A DNA stretch of 64,000 nucleotides from Waddliaceae bacterium (lineage in GTDB: Bacteria; Chlamydiota; Chlamydiia; Chlamydiales; Waddliaceae): NCBI GenBank assembly GCA_963724325.1, contig CAVRUH010000007.1:320001-384000 (forward strand), in the 5' to 3' direction. The notes beneath the pieces are model-generated. The model did no database searches, was not told the DNA's origin, and worked only from the letters and a program-made list of their open reading frames with translations. Each line of letters starts with the position of its first letter. Within the stretch, counting starts at the first letter, position 1. The translations under genes were made by a program, and so were the position numbers. This document shows, piece by piece, positions 51,803 through 61,336 of the stretch.

Positions 51803-52987
51803 TTATACCATATTAAAAATTTCGCTAACGATGACCGCAATGCCCACCAAGACAGACAATCCAATCAGCCATTTTTTTTCCAATTCTGGATAATGGTATT
51901 TGTGCTGTCCGATACGCCCTAAGAGGTATATTGGCAATAAAACGGCTATTATAGCCAAGATCATACCCGCAAATCCCAAGGCTGCAATGAAGGCGTTAGG
52001 TACATATATTACCACAAAATAGGCAGGAAGTATAGTAACAATTGCAGATATTAAGCGATTTTTGAATAGCGTAGCTTGCAGCGTTTCACAAAGTCCAACT
52101 CCAACTCCAATAACCGAAGTGGCAATAGCCAATAGTGAAATCCACCATACTAATAATTGAACGGCGTGCCATTTTGCGATACTGCTCAATGCCTGTATGA
52201 GTTCGCCAACTTCTACGTTGCCCAAGGTCATTTGAGTGTAGAAAGAGGGATTATCGTGATAAACGACGCTCAAAACACAGCTTGTCCAGAGAACATACAC
52301 AATAGCTGGGATTAAACTTCCCCAAAAGAAGGCTAATTTGAGCATTTTTATATTCTTATGGCAGTAGTTTGTCAGGGTGTGAAAGATTACCTGAAATCCG
52401 AATGAGGTGAATACAACGGGGATAATTGCTGCCCAAACTTTGATATCGGTATAGTTTTCTGAAAACAGGGGTAAATGCGACCAATCGACAGCGATAACCA
52501 AGCCGCCAAGTAAAATAGCGACCACGGCAAGTAAACCCACGAATAAGAACCGGTTGAGATAGTCAATCCATCGGATTGGTAGTAATAGAAGGGCGGTGGC
52601 CCCCATTGCGTAGCAGCCAGCTATATAATCGAAAGCATATGTTTTGCCAAAGTGGGTAGTGATGAGCTCTTGTGTGACAGATGAGCCTCCGTATATAAAT
52701 ACGGCAAGAAGTGAATATGAAAGGAGCTTAAGGCAGCTAGTTCCAATAAATTCAGCAATTTTACCTGAAAATAGTTTTCCGAGTGCGCCAAGTGATAGCC
52801 CGTGGCCTGCGCGGAGGTTTAGTTCTAGATTGACCAATGAAGTGTAATACATGATGACCCAGATAAAAAGCATAAGCAATATGCTAGGGACTAGGCCCAA
52901 TTTAGCTAATACCATGGGGAGTGCGATCATCCCGCTGCCTATACATGTTCCCGCGACAAGAAGAATAGCACCAACTGTCTTTTGCAT
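51803..52987 (-). CDS. Aromatic amino acid permease (TyrP/Mtr, HAAAP family)
   Basis: LVAGTCIGSGMIALP, FTSFGFQ, about 11 TM segments. Confidence 0.85.
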   Translation of the reverse strand: MQKTVGAILLVAGTCIGSGMIALPMVLAKLGLVPSILLMLFIWVIMYYTSLVNLELNLRAGHGLSLGALGKLFSGKIAEFIGTSCLKLLSYSLLAVFIYGGSSVTQELITTHFGKTYAFDYIAGCYAMGATALLLLPIRWIDYLNRFLFVGLLAVVAILLGGLVIAVDWSHLPLFSENYTDIKVWAAIIPVVFTSFGFQVIFHTLTNYCHKNIKMLKLAFFWGSLIPAIVYVLWTSCVLSVVYHDNPSFYTQMTLGNVEVGELIQALSSIAKWHAVQLLVWWISLLAIATSVIGVGVGLCETLQATLFKNRLISAIVTILPAYFVVIYVPNAFIAALGFAGMILAIIAVLLPIYLLGRIGQHKYHYPELEKKWLIGLSVLVGIAVIVSEIFNMV

Positions 52988-53042
52988 AATAATACCTCGT
53001 CAATCCCAACATTCTAACAGAAAATGCCAAATGTTTCAAATA

Positions 53043-53079
53043 GGAATATACCAAAAATTTGACAAATAATTAATTTAAT
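53043..53079 (+). repeat. 37-bp direct repeat, left copy (right copy split by the IS at 53810-53829/55660-55691)
   Basis: ggaatataccaaaaatttgacaaataattaatttaat equals the reconstructed empty site of the IS. Confidence 0.85.
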
Positions 53080-53444
53080 TTCTTAAAAGTGTTAGTGGGT
53101 AAATGTTGAGCATCATTGAGAATTTTTTCAAGTTGCAAGATTAGCTTTGGGATTTCTTCGGAAAGAGCCTGCCAGACAATGTCGTAGTCAATATCAAAAT
53201 AGGCGTGAATTAATCTATTGCGCATTCCTACGATTGCTCGCCATTGAATTTTGGGGTATTTTAACTGAAATGATTTTGAGATATTAGCAGCTGCCTCACC
53301 TACGATTTCTAATGCTCTAATAACCGCAAAACAAAGCATTCTGTCTCTTTCAAGTTCTTTACGCTCTTTGTTTTTTCCAAATTCAAGAGAAGCCTGTGCG
53401 GCTTCTAGCATATGTTTAAGTCGTACAAAATCGTTCTTTTCCAT
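53070..53444 (-). CDS. hepT: HepT-like RNase toxin (DUF86/HEPN)
   Basis: EIVGEAA, GMRNRLIHAYFDID (RxxxxH-x-Y). Confidence 0.9.
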   Translation of the reverse strand: MEKNDFVRLKHMLEAAQASLEFGKNKERKELERDRMLCFAVIRALEIVGEAAANISKSFQLKYPKIQWRAIVGMRNRLIHAYFDIDYDIVWQALSEEIPKLILQLEKILNDAQHLPTNTFKKLN

Positions 53445-53751
53445 ATAATTGGTATGCCTCAGCGATAACTTCGTTTCTAAAATAGGGACTTAAATCTTTT
53501 GGAGTGCGTAGGTCAACTCTTCTGCCGATAATTTCTTCTAATTCAAACTCCATTTCAGATATTCCGAGAAGTCCAGGTATATGTTTTGAATCGAATTCAA
53601 CTAACATATCAACATCACTTTTTTTGCGAAAACGTCGAGTTAATATTGAGCCAAATAAGGCAAGCTTTCGTATGTGGTTTCTTGAGCAAAATCTTTTAAT
53701 CCTTTCTAGAGGGATTTCAAGATTTGACTGTATTGTATTGATTGTCTCCAT
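53416..53751 (-). CDS. mntA: Minimal nucleotidyltransferase antitoxin (MntA-like)
   Basis: LFGS, SDVDMLVEF, GRRVDL; start placed at METINT. Confidence 0.88.
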   Translation of the reverse strand: METINTIQSNLEIPLERIKRFCSRNHIRKLALFGSILTRRFRKKSDVDMLVEFDSKHIPGLLGISEMEFELEEIIGRRVDLRTPKDLSPYFRNEVIAEAYQLYGKERFCTT

Positions 53752-53829
53752 ATCAAAAATACTAGCAGAATGTGATGAATATTTCAATATTCTTTTTCCC
53801 AGCAGGTATGGAATATACCAAAAATTTGA

Positions 53830-55659
53830 CGGGAAAGTAGGGGCACATGTTGACCCCCCTACCACCTATGATAAGATTAAATTAAAGTGTTTAGGAACCA
53901 AATATAAAGAGAAATTAATGTATGCAATGAAAGTTTATTATGAAGATATAAAAATAATTTTAAACATTCCTAGAAAAATTTGAATATAATAAGGCAATGA
54001 AAATTAAAGTTGGCTTCGATTGTGCATTGCCACCACTGCCCTGCGAAATTCTGCTGGTTGTATGGTTAGCGATAAATCATCCCCTGTTATTTTATCTTTC
54101 ACATACTTCTCATAAACGTTCAGGCTTTGCCAAGGATGATCTTTCATAAATAGCTTGAGAAATTCGAGATTGTTATGACAGTTATCGTTTACTACGGGAG
54201 AGCCGTCTTTGAGTAGCTTATGTATCCACCCCCCGATATTTTTGATTTGTTTTCCTTCGTGTATTCTTTTATAGGCAAATTTCACTACATCTACTAAGCG
54301 TTGTGAATGGTATTTTCTAGTCCAATAATTAAGAGTGTCATCATCTACATTAAGCTTTTGCTTCTTTAGCCATAAATATACCCTATTTTGTTCCGCGGTT
54401 AATTTGTAGGGTGACTTGCTGTTGATTTCGTTGGTTTTACTGGTATTATTCAGATGCATACTTCTACCTCCAAATTGGCATGCAATATGCATATTTATAT
54501 CAAGAATTTGTTTTAAAAAAAAGACTTCATTACTAGGATGACCTTCGAGTAAAGGAGGCATCCGTAATGAAGTCAAAACATGAACCAACACCGTACTGTA
54601 ATATGGTTAACAAAAGAAGTAAAGCAGAACAAGAGGCAATTCGCTTGCAAATGGTGAGATATGCCGAAAAACATGGGAAAAATGCTACCGAAAAGAAATT
54701 TGGGTGTAGCAAAAATACTGTTGATCTTTGGGTTGAAAGATATAAAATTGAAGGACGTTCCGGACTAGTTAATCGTAGCCGGGCCCCTAAGAATATTCCA
54801 CATAAAACATCTCAGGAAGACGAAGATTATATCGTTAAGTGTCGCAAGGAAGTTCCGTGTTACGGACCGAAACGACTGAAATGGTTTTTTGAGATTAAGG
54901 CTTCTGAAGATGCTATAAGAAGGATTCTTAAGTCCAGGGGCTTGGCAAGAAAGCGAAAGAAAAAGCACCATACAAAAAACGATCTCCGAGCAATTAAGGC
55001 AAAATATAAAGCACTCACACACCATCAAGAAGATGTTAAGCATCTGAAGGACATTCCGTATTATTGGACACAAATGCAATCACTAGGCCTTCCTAAATAT
55101 CAATATACGATTAGAGATACGAAAAGTGGTGGTACAGTTTTAGGATTCGCTGATGAATACAGTGAACAGTATTCAATACTATTCACTTCGTTTTATTTAG
55201 ATTGGCTAAAGTATTTCAAGGTTGATTTGAGTGAAGTAATTGTGCAGACGGACAATGGAAGCGAATTTGGTGGTGGAAGGCAACGCGGTGTAAAGGTGGA
55301 TGGATTTGTCGATCTTATAGAGAGTCGGTTTGGTGCCAAGCATAATTATATTCCTCCGAGTATGAGCAATGCGAATGCAGATGTCGAAAGTATACACAAT
55401 ACGATTGAAGTTGAATTTTTTGATTTAGAGAAGTTCAGTTCAAGGGATGATTTCTTCATAAAGACTCAAATGTATCAAAATTTCTATAATTTTTCGCGAC
55501 CTAACTTTTCTAAAAAAGCTAAGACACCTGTACAAATAATAACAGAAGATAGAAATATTAGCCCGTCCGTGTTATTTACACCTATAGTTGATCTCGATAA
55601 ATTATATAGAAGTCAGTTTTTCCCTGGAGAGGGGGGTCAACATGTTCCCAATTTGTCCG
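53830..55659 (+). mobile_element. IS481-like insertion sequence carrying a passenger gene
   Basis: ~30-bp imperfect TIRs (cgggaaagtaggggcacatgttgacccccct / ggggggtcaacatgttcccaatttgtccg) flanked by direct repeat ataccaaaaatttga (53815-53829, 55660-55674). Confidence 0.85.
54004..54459 (-). CDS. Passenger hypothetical protein inside the IS (151 aa)
   Basis: GGAGG RBS before ATG 54459; divergent from the transposase. Confidence 0.7.
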   Translation of the reverse strand: MHLNNTSKTNEINSKSPYKLTAEQNRVYLWLKKQKLNVDDDTLNYWTRKYHSQRLVDVVKFAYKRIHEGKQIKNIGGWIHKLLKDGSPVVNDNCHNNLEFLKLFMKDHPWQSLNVYEKYVKDKITGDDLSLTIQPAEFRRAVVAMHNRSQL

Positions 55660-55685
55660 ATACCAAAAATTTGACAAATAATTAA
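54567..55685 (+). CDS. DDE transposase, IS481-like (HTH + rve core)
   Basis: GLVNRSRAPKNIPHKT, YGPKRL, QEDVK, QTDNGSEF, NADVES; AGGAGG RBS. Confidence 0.9.
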   Translation: MKSKHEPTPYCNMVNKRSKAEQEAIRLQMVRYAEKHGKNATEKKFGCSKNTVDLWVERYKIEGRSGLVNRSRAPKNIPHKTSQEDEDYIVKCRKEVPCYGPKRLKWFFEIKASEDAIRRILKSRGLARKRKKKHHTKNDLRAIKAKYKALTHHQEDVKHLKDIPYYWTQMQSLGLPKYQYTIRDTKSGGTVLGFADEYSEQYSILFTSFYLDWLKYFKVDLSEVIVQTDNGSEFGGGRQRGVKVDGFVDLIESRFGAKHNYIPPSMSNANADVESIHNTIEVEFFDLEKFSSRDDFFIKTQMYQNFYNFSRPNFSKKAKTPVQIITEDRNISPSVLFTPIVDLDKLYRSQFFPGEGGQHVPNLSDTKNLTNN

Positions 55686-55699
55686 TTTAATGTTTTAAT
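55671..55699 (+). promoter_or_regulatory. Sigma66/70-type promoter for 55735
   Basis: TTGACA-N17-TTTAAT, overlapping the direct repeat. Confidence 0.55.
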
Positions 55700-55734
55700 A
55701 GTTATAGGTAGATTGTAATAATTAGAGGTGTTTT

Positions 55735-56427
55735 ATGTCAGACATGAATATTAGATCACATTTAAATCAGACTAATTCAATAGGTGAATTAAAGAATCTG
55801 GTAGGTGGCTTAGATCGCCAAATAGGCAAGTGGGGAGGGAGGGAAGTCACTTTGAAAGGATTTGAAGGAAACGTTGCATTGAAAGATGTTGTTAAAAAAT
55901 TTCTCGAGATCTCTAAGACCCTTGATCCAAAAAACACAGCAGAGATTGCTGACTTTAAAGAGCTAAAAGAAAAAATTATTACTATTAGTAAAGATTTGAA
56001 TAAAAAACATGAAAAGGCAACCGATAGTAAAGTAATACCATTTTTTGCACGGCACTTTGGTAAGAATGATAAACTTGATGTATTTAAATTTGAAATGGCA
56101 GCACTCTCACCAACTGATAAAGAATCAATAAAAACAGCTTATACTGGGTCAATTAGTAATGAACTAAAAATGTTGTCGAAAAATAAAGTAGGTGAAGCTA
56201 CCGTTAAGAAGCATATGCCGAAGACATATCGGTTATTGAAGCAACTCGCATCGAGTACTAAAACTGAGGATGAACTCGGTGAACTAAGATTGAAATTGGC
56301 GGATACATATCAATTAGAACGAAGAAAAGTTCAAGGTAAACTTTTTTCTGGTCACTTGGACAAAGCAATAGACAATGAATTGTCATTTATTAGCATTATT
56401 CAAAAAATAAAGTCAACTCTTAGCTAA
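55735..56427 (+). CDS. Hypothetical protein, possible T3SS effector (230 aa)
   Basis: GAGGTG RBS, Lys-rich helical ORF, WGGREV motif. Confidence 0.7.
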   Translation: MSDMNIRSHLNQTNSIGELKNLVGGLDRQIGKWGGREVTLKGFEGNVALKDVVKKFLEISKTLDPKNTAEIADFKELKEKIITISKDLNKKHEKATDSKVIPFFARHFGKNDKLDVFKFEMAALSPTDKESIKTAYTGSISNELKMLSKNKVGEATVKKHMPKTYRLLKQLASSTKTEDELGELRLKLADTYQLERRKVQGKLFSGHLDKAIDNELSFISIIQKIKSTLS

Positions 56428-56455
56428 TATAATATTCACAGGTTCATGTAGCATT

Positions 56456-58723
56456 TTAATATTCTTTTTTCCAGATTAGGTTTGCTTGACCATTGCCGTC
56501 GTCGTCTACTTCGGCTTGGAATTTTATGTTTTTGCGAAGGATGGTTTCGATGCCAACGCTATGGACATCTTCGGTGGTGCTGGTATTTGTATTGCGACTT
56601 AAGGTCAGAAAGGTCTTCTTTGAAATATATTTGCCGACTTGAAGATTGACCCCATCAGTGCCATTTGATCCGGAAAATTCCAAACGATCGATTCCCAGGG
56701 ACGTTTGCAGGCGTGTCAATAGGTCCTGGCTGTTGTCAGCAGACTTTATCAGGTCAGTGATTGATTCATTTAGTTGCGTTCCCTGGAATTGTGAAATGTC
56801 TGAAAGTCCCTTGTTAAATAGAATCCATGAAAGAATTTCACGTTGAGACATTGGGGGCGTGGATCGAAAAGATATTGCAGGGTTTTGGGTCGACCCTTTT
56901 ACGATCACTTGGACGGTCACTCTATCAATTTCCATTTCAGCAATAACATACATGGTTGTATCTTTTTCGATATCTCCTTTGAATTCAATGGAACCAGATT
57001 TAATATCAAATTGCTTTCCGCGAAACAGGTAGGAACCCTCTTTTAGGCGCATTTCACCATTGACTAAGTATTCGTCGACATTCCCTGTAATGACTGCTTT
57101 TCCCTTCCATTCGGATTTTAATCCAGTCCCAGTTACTGAAGCTTCTTTATTCACTTTGACCTTTATATTGAATTCCAAAGGCCATCCTAGACCTGATTTT
57201 TTGAACTTCGTGGGAAGCGGCTCATTGGCAGGTTGATTGATGTATGAGACCTCCAAATTTTTTCTATTTGTCGGAGCTTGATCTGGAATATGAAACTTGA
57301 TAGAGTCAGCTACTATTTCAGCTTCTATGACGGCTCCTTCGAAATTTCCTTTGAATGTGACATCTCCTGTAGCATAGGCCTTGAAGATGTCTAGGTTGAA
57401 AATTTCAGTATTTTCAATTTTTAAACGCACTTCAAATGGAAAATGTTCATGGAGGCTTAATTTCATTTCCCCGTTGCCAGAAAATTTTCCTTCTGTGGTG
57501 TCGGTTCCTTTTATTTGGCTAAGGGTAACTTTTTCTCCCTCAATAATCACCTTGCATTCGATATCTTTGAATGAACATCCAAGATCATAGCTTTCATAGG
57601 CAAAATTCTTAATGTCAATATCGCAAAGAGGCGTACCATTTGAAAAGTCAACTCCAAATGAAAGCTGCCCATGAATGTTTGAGGTATCGGCACCAATCAG
57701 TCTGATGATGTCGGCTATTTCGAGCGATGCTACAAATTTGGGTGAAAGAGGGGAATCCCAGGTCATGTTTCCTGAGAAATGGTATTCCCGTCCATCTTTG
57801 ATGAAGTCTAGCCCCAATTTGCTTTGAGTCGATACGATAATTGCAATTTTTTCAAAAATATCATTTCCATTTTGAATTCTATCGCTAAAAAACTCTGCAT
57901 GCAGCTTGGGATTTAAAATATTGCCGCTCAACTGAATATTCCCTTTGAAGTTTCCTTGAACTCGAGTAAAATTGGACAGCTCAAGGGATTTAATGACAAC
58001 ATTCGACCGAAGGATTTTCCAGTCTTTGTCGATATCAAGCTCTCCTTCCCACAGGACGGGACCCGCTCGCCCTTTTAATTCACTAAGATTGGTGATTCCA
58101 TTATTCATAAACACAAATTTGCCTTCTAGAGTATCAGCTGTCGGCAGGGTTAATCGAAAATGGCCTACATCCTTTAAAAGCGAAAGAGTTGTTTGGAAGG
58201 TTTTTCCTGGGACATTAGCATTTGTAAATCTGAGAATTCCATTAAAATAATCGATTTCCGGATCTATGGAAACGTTTCCTTCGAGAATGCTTTTCTCTGT
58301 GTAAATATTGAGGTCATCGAATGGGGATTTGACGTTTTGAATTTTCAGGTCATTGATAATGATTTTGAAGGGGAGAGAGCCGGAACTTTTGGAGACTTCG
58401 GGAATTTTTTTTATGTCGATATCATCAATGTGAAGATAATGAAAGGTCAGATTTCCGTTTATGATGAAGTCAATGGGTGATACTTTGAGGCTTAAGGAAT
58501 GGATTTCTGCGTCATGGTTTATATGAATATTAGTTGCTGTAACGTGGAAGGGGGGAAGTAAACTGATTTCACCAATGGTGATTTGAAAATCGGTATTTTC
58601 TTTCGTCCAATTTTCGATATAGCTTTTTACGTAATTTTTAACAGCATCTGTGTGCAAACAAGCAAAAAGAAGGAGATAGCTCCCAAGAATAAATGCGGCG
58701 ATGTATGTAAAAAACTTCCTCAA
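56456..58723 (-). CDS. tamB: TamB (DUF490) translocation/assembly module protein
   Basis: N-terminal anchor, beta-rich body, STPPMSQREILSWILF and VGKYIS C-terminal motifs; downstream of an Omp85 gene. Confidence 0.8.
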   Translation of the reverse strand: MRKFFTYIAAFILGSYLLLFACLHTDAVKNYVKSYIENWTKENTDFQITIGEISLLPPFHVTATNIHINHDAEIHSLSLKVSPIDFIINGNLTFHYLHIDDIDIKKIPEVSKSSGSLPFKIIINDLKIQNVKSPFDDLNIYTEKSILEGNVSIDPEIDYFNGILRFTNANVPGKTFQTTLSLLKDVGHFRLTLPTADTLEGKFVFMNNGITNLSELKGRAGPVLWEGELDIDKDWKILRSNVVIKSLELSNFTRVQGNFKGNIQLSGNILNPKLHAEFFSDRIQNGNDIFEKIAIIVSTQSKLGLDFIKDGREYHFSGNMTWDSPLSPKFVASLEIADIIRLIGADTSNIHGQLSFGVDFSNGTPLCDIDIKNFAYESYDLGCSFKDIECKVIIEGEKVTLSQIKGTDTTEGKFSGNGEMKLSLHEHFPFEVRLKIENTEIFNLDIFKAYATGDVTFKGNFEGAVIEAEIVADSIKFHIPDQAPTNRKNLEVSYINQPANEPLPTKFKKSGLGWPLEFNIKVKVNKEASVTGTGLKSEWKGKAVITGNVDEYLVNGEMRLKEGSYLFRGKQFDIKSGSIEFKGDIEKDTTMYVIAEMEIDRVTVQVIVKGSTQNPAISFRSTPPMSQREILSWILFNKGLSDISQFQGTQLNESITDLIKSADNSQDLLTRLQTSLGIDRLEFSGSNGTDGVNLQVGKYISKKTFLTLSRNTNTSTTEDVHSVGIETILRKNIKFQAEVDDDGNGQANLIWKKEY

Positions 58724-60465
58724 AACGATTGCCCCACACTGAAATACAGTTGAAAACTATTATCTTTTCCTGGTCGTTTATTTAGTGGAAAAGCGACATC
58801 AAGTCTAAGTGGTCCTACAGGAGTATAATATCTAGCACCCACTCCAAAAGATTTCAATAGCCTTTTATTAAAATTTGGAATGGCTGGCCTGTAAACGTTA
58901 CCGGCGTCCATAAATAAGACTGCACCCCAAGTGTCAGTCAACTTCCAACGTCCCTCTAAAGTATATATAATCATGGAACGGCCTCCAATTGGCTCGTGCT
59001 TTTCATACGGACTTACAGTATAATATTTATAGCCTCGCAGAGTACTTTCGGATCCAGCAAAAAAACGCTCTGGGGTGGGTATAATTCCTTCTGGAGCGCC
59101 CAGAATAGACCCCACATTTATTTTGGAAGCAATGACGAAGGAACCATCAGATTTGACTGGATAGTAGGCTGATCCAATAAATTGATTGACTTCATAAAAG
59201 AACTTGCCATTCAAAAATTGGAAAGTTGGGACAGTTCTAAAAAATAGAGAATAACCAGTGGTGGGATCAAGTAAATCGTCGGTATTATTAAGTTTATACT
59301 GAAAGGGTGTTTTCAAAAGACTAAAACTTCCATTGTTGTCAGAATCGCTTGTTTGAAGCTGCTTGTAGGTAATTCCAAGAGAAACGCGCGATTTTTTTGT
59401 CAGCTGCCTCTCTAAAGCGGCTCCTATTGTTCCCGATCTTTCTGTGTATCCTTCGGTTACATCGTGCTTTAATTCGACATTAGAAACCAAATCTTGATTC
59501 AGCATCAAAAAATCGGGTTTTAAAAAGTTAAGTTTTAACTCCTGCGTTTTTTGCAGTATGTTCGCTTCGAAAAACAATTTTTCTCCCATGGAAAATAAAT
59601 TGCGATGGCTCCATTCAAGCGTAACACCTGCACCCCGTTGCGTTGAGTAACAGACTCCAAAAGCTATGCTTCGATGTTTTGACTCAGACACATCAATTTC
59701 TATAGGTAAAATATTGCCCTCCAGAACATCATCAGCAGGAATGATTGCAATAGATTTGAAAAGTCCTGTTGACTCCAAAGCTGCTAAAGTAAGATCAATT
59801 CTGTCTGGATCATATTCTTCTCCCTCACACCAGTAGATTTTATTGCGAATAAAAATTTCCAAAACATCGTCATTCCCTTTAATTGTTGCGGGTCCGAAAT
59901 AGGCTAGAGGGCCTGCTTCAACTTCAATAGTGACATTAATTTGTTTGGTTGACTGATCTGCAACGACAGATCTTTTGACGATTTTTGCGAGTGGATGTCC
60001 CTGTTTCTTCAAAAGATAGATAAGGTTTTTTTCAGCTTCCAAAATAGTGCCAGGAAGGGCTGGCAAGGGAAGGGCAAGATCCAGATCTTCGGGTGATATT
60101 TTTAAAGATTCGGGCAGGATTTTAAATGAATTTAATGGATAAATCGGACCTGTTTCGACATTGACAATCACAACAGCAGGGGTTTGTGAGAAATCGTATT
60201 TCATTTCGACACGTGCATTATAATAGGCCATGCTATGGAGGGCATCGACGAGGCGGGCGACATCATCTTCGGCGCGGTGGCGGAGGGCCAAGTCGGAACC
60301 TGGAGACCTCTCCTGTAGTTTTACCAAATCCGATCTTTCCATCAATGTACTGATTATTGATGCATCTTCCGTTCCTTCAAATTTCACTTCGTAACCATCA
60401 GCAAAGCAACCAGTAAAAACAAAAAGGAATAGAACGAAAAGCACCCGTCTTACTTTCGTCATCAT
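58720..60465 (-). CDS. tamA: TamA/Omp85 family outer-membrane protein
   Basis: POTRA region, ERFFAGSESTLRGY, GVGARYYTPVGPLRLDVAFPL, terminal GQSF. Confidence 0.88.
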   Translation of the reverse strand: MMTKVRRVLFVLFLFVFTGCFADGYEVKFEGTEDASIISTLMERSDLVKLQERSPGSDLALRHRAEDDVARLVDALHSMAYYNARVEMKYDFSQTPAVVIVNVETGPIYPLNSFKILPESLKISPEDLDLALPLPALPGTILEAEKNLIYLLKKQGHPLAKIVKRSVVADQSTKQINVTIEVEAGPLAYFGPATIKGNDDVLEIFIRNKIYWCEGEEYDPDRIDLTLAALESTGLFKSIAIIPADDVLEGNILPIEIDVSESKHRSIAFGVCYSTQRGAGVTLEWSHRNLFSMGEKLFFEANILQKTQELKLNFLKPDFLMLNQDLVSNVELKHDVTEGYTERSGTIGAALERQLTKKSRVSLGITYKQLQTSDSDNNGSFSLLKTPFQYKLNNTDDLLDPTTGYSLFFRTVPTFQFLNGKFFYEVNQFIGSAYYPVKSDGSFVIASKINVGSILGAPEGIIPTPERFFAGSESTLRGYKYYTVSPYEKHEPIGGRSMIIYTLEGRWKLTDTWGAVLFMDAGNVYRPAIPNFNKRLLKSFGVGARYYTPVGPLRLDVAFPLNKRPGKDNSFQLYFSVGQSF

Positions 60466-60587
60466 ATCCAATAATTATCGCTCAAGAGAATCATTTTTGT
60501 ATACAAAATATGCATTTATATGGTAGAATTGTATTAATAACATTTTTAACGTTATTATTATGATTAATTAATGTTTCTAACAATAAG

Positions 60588-61301
60588 GTGAAATTAATGA
60601 AAATTTTAATGAAATTGATTGTAACTTTTATAATGATAATGTCAACCACTACTCCTGGAGTCTCTTTTGCCTCGAAAATTAATGAAGAAGACTTGGTGGA
60701 GGTCACAGGAATCTCTTTTAAAGGTTTAAAAATTTGCCATCAAAATGAATGGCGTAATCTGTCCATTAATATGGAGTATGAAGCAGATGCTGGTGGAAAT
60801 TCCATGGATCTTCAGGCAATGAAAAAACACATCCGTCTTTTTTTAGAAAATTACCCCAATCCTAATGATTTTTGGGAAGTAATGAACACAAATCTTGTGC
60901 ATTCATTGAGACAATCGTATCCTGATATTATTTCGATAAAGAACACTCTAACATTAGCACCCGATCGAACTCTACTTTTTCCTCGTGAATCTATCGTGAG
61001 ATCTCATAGAAATTCGGATTTTCTTAGAGAATCTTTTAACTTCACTAAGCTAAATTATATTATTTGCCAAGAAACCTTTCGTTCCCTAAATATTAATGTA
61101 GCTTGGAGTATAAAGGAAAATCCAGCTATGTCGGATTATCCCGACTATCTATGGATAAATGAGGCAATGGACGAGTTCTTTAAGATGCACCCAGTGAGTC
61201 TTTCGAACTGGAAAAGCCTTAAGCCTAAACTACAGTTACATCTTCTCGAGCGTTTTCCATCTCTGATTGCCTTAGATATTGAGGTTGCCATAGCAGAATA
61301 G
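60588..61301 (+). CDS. Hypothetical exported protein with an internal two-fold repeat
   Basis: Signal-peptide-like N-terminus; repeated ICHQNEWRNLSINM / ICQETFRSLNINV halves; start uncertain. Confidence 0.65.
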   Translation: MKLMKILMKLIVTFIMIMSTTTPGVSFASKINEEDLVEVTGISFKGLKICHQNEWRNLSINMEYEADAGGNSMDLQAMKKHIRLFLENYPNPNDFWEVMNTNLVHSLRQSYPDIISIKNTLTLAPDRTLLFPRESIVRSHRNSDFLRESFNFTKLNYIICQETFRSLNINVAWSIKENPAMSDYPDYLWINEAMDEFFKMHPVSLSNWKSLKPKLQLHLLERFPSLIALDIEVAIAE

Positions 61302-61336
61302 TTTGCTTTAGTTTAAAAAATTTAAAAGGAGATTTT

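Noticed and set aside
53504..53983. 159-aa plus-strand ORF
   Set aside because: Antisense to mntA and crosses the IS left end; shadow ORF
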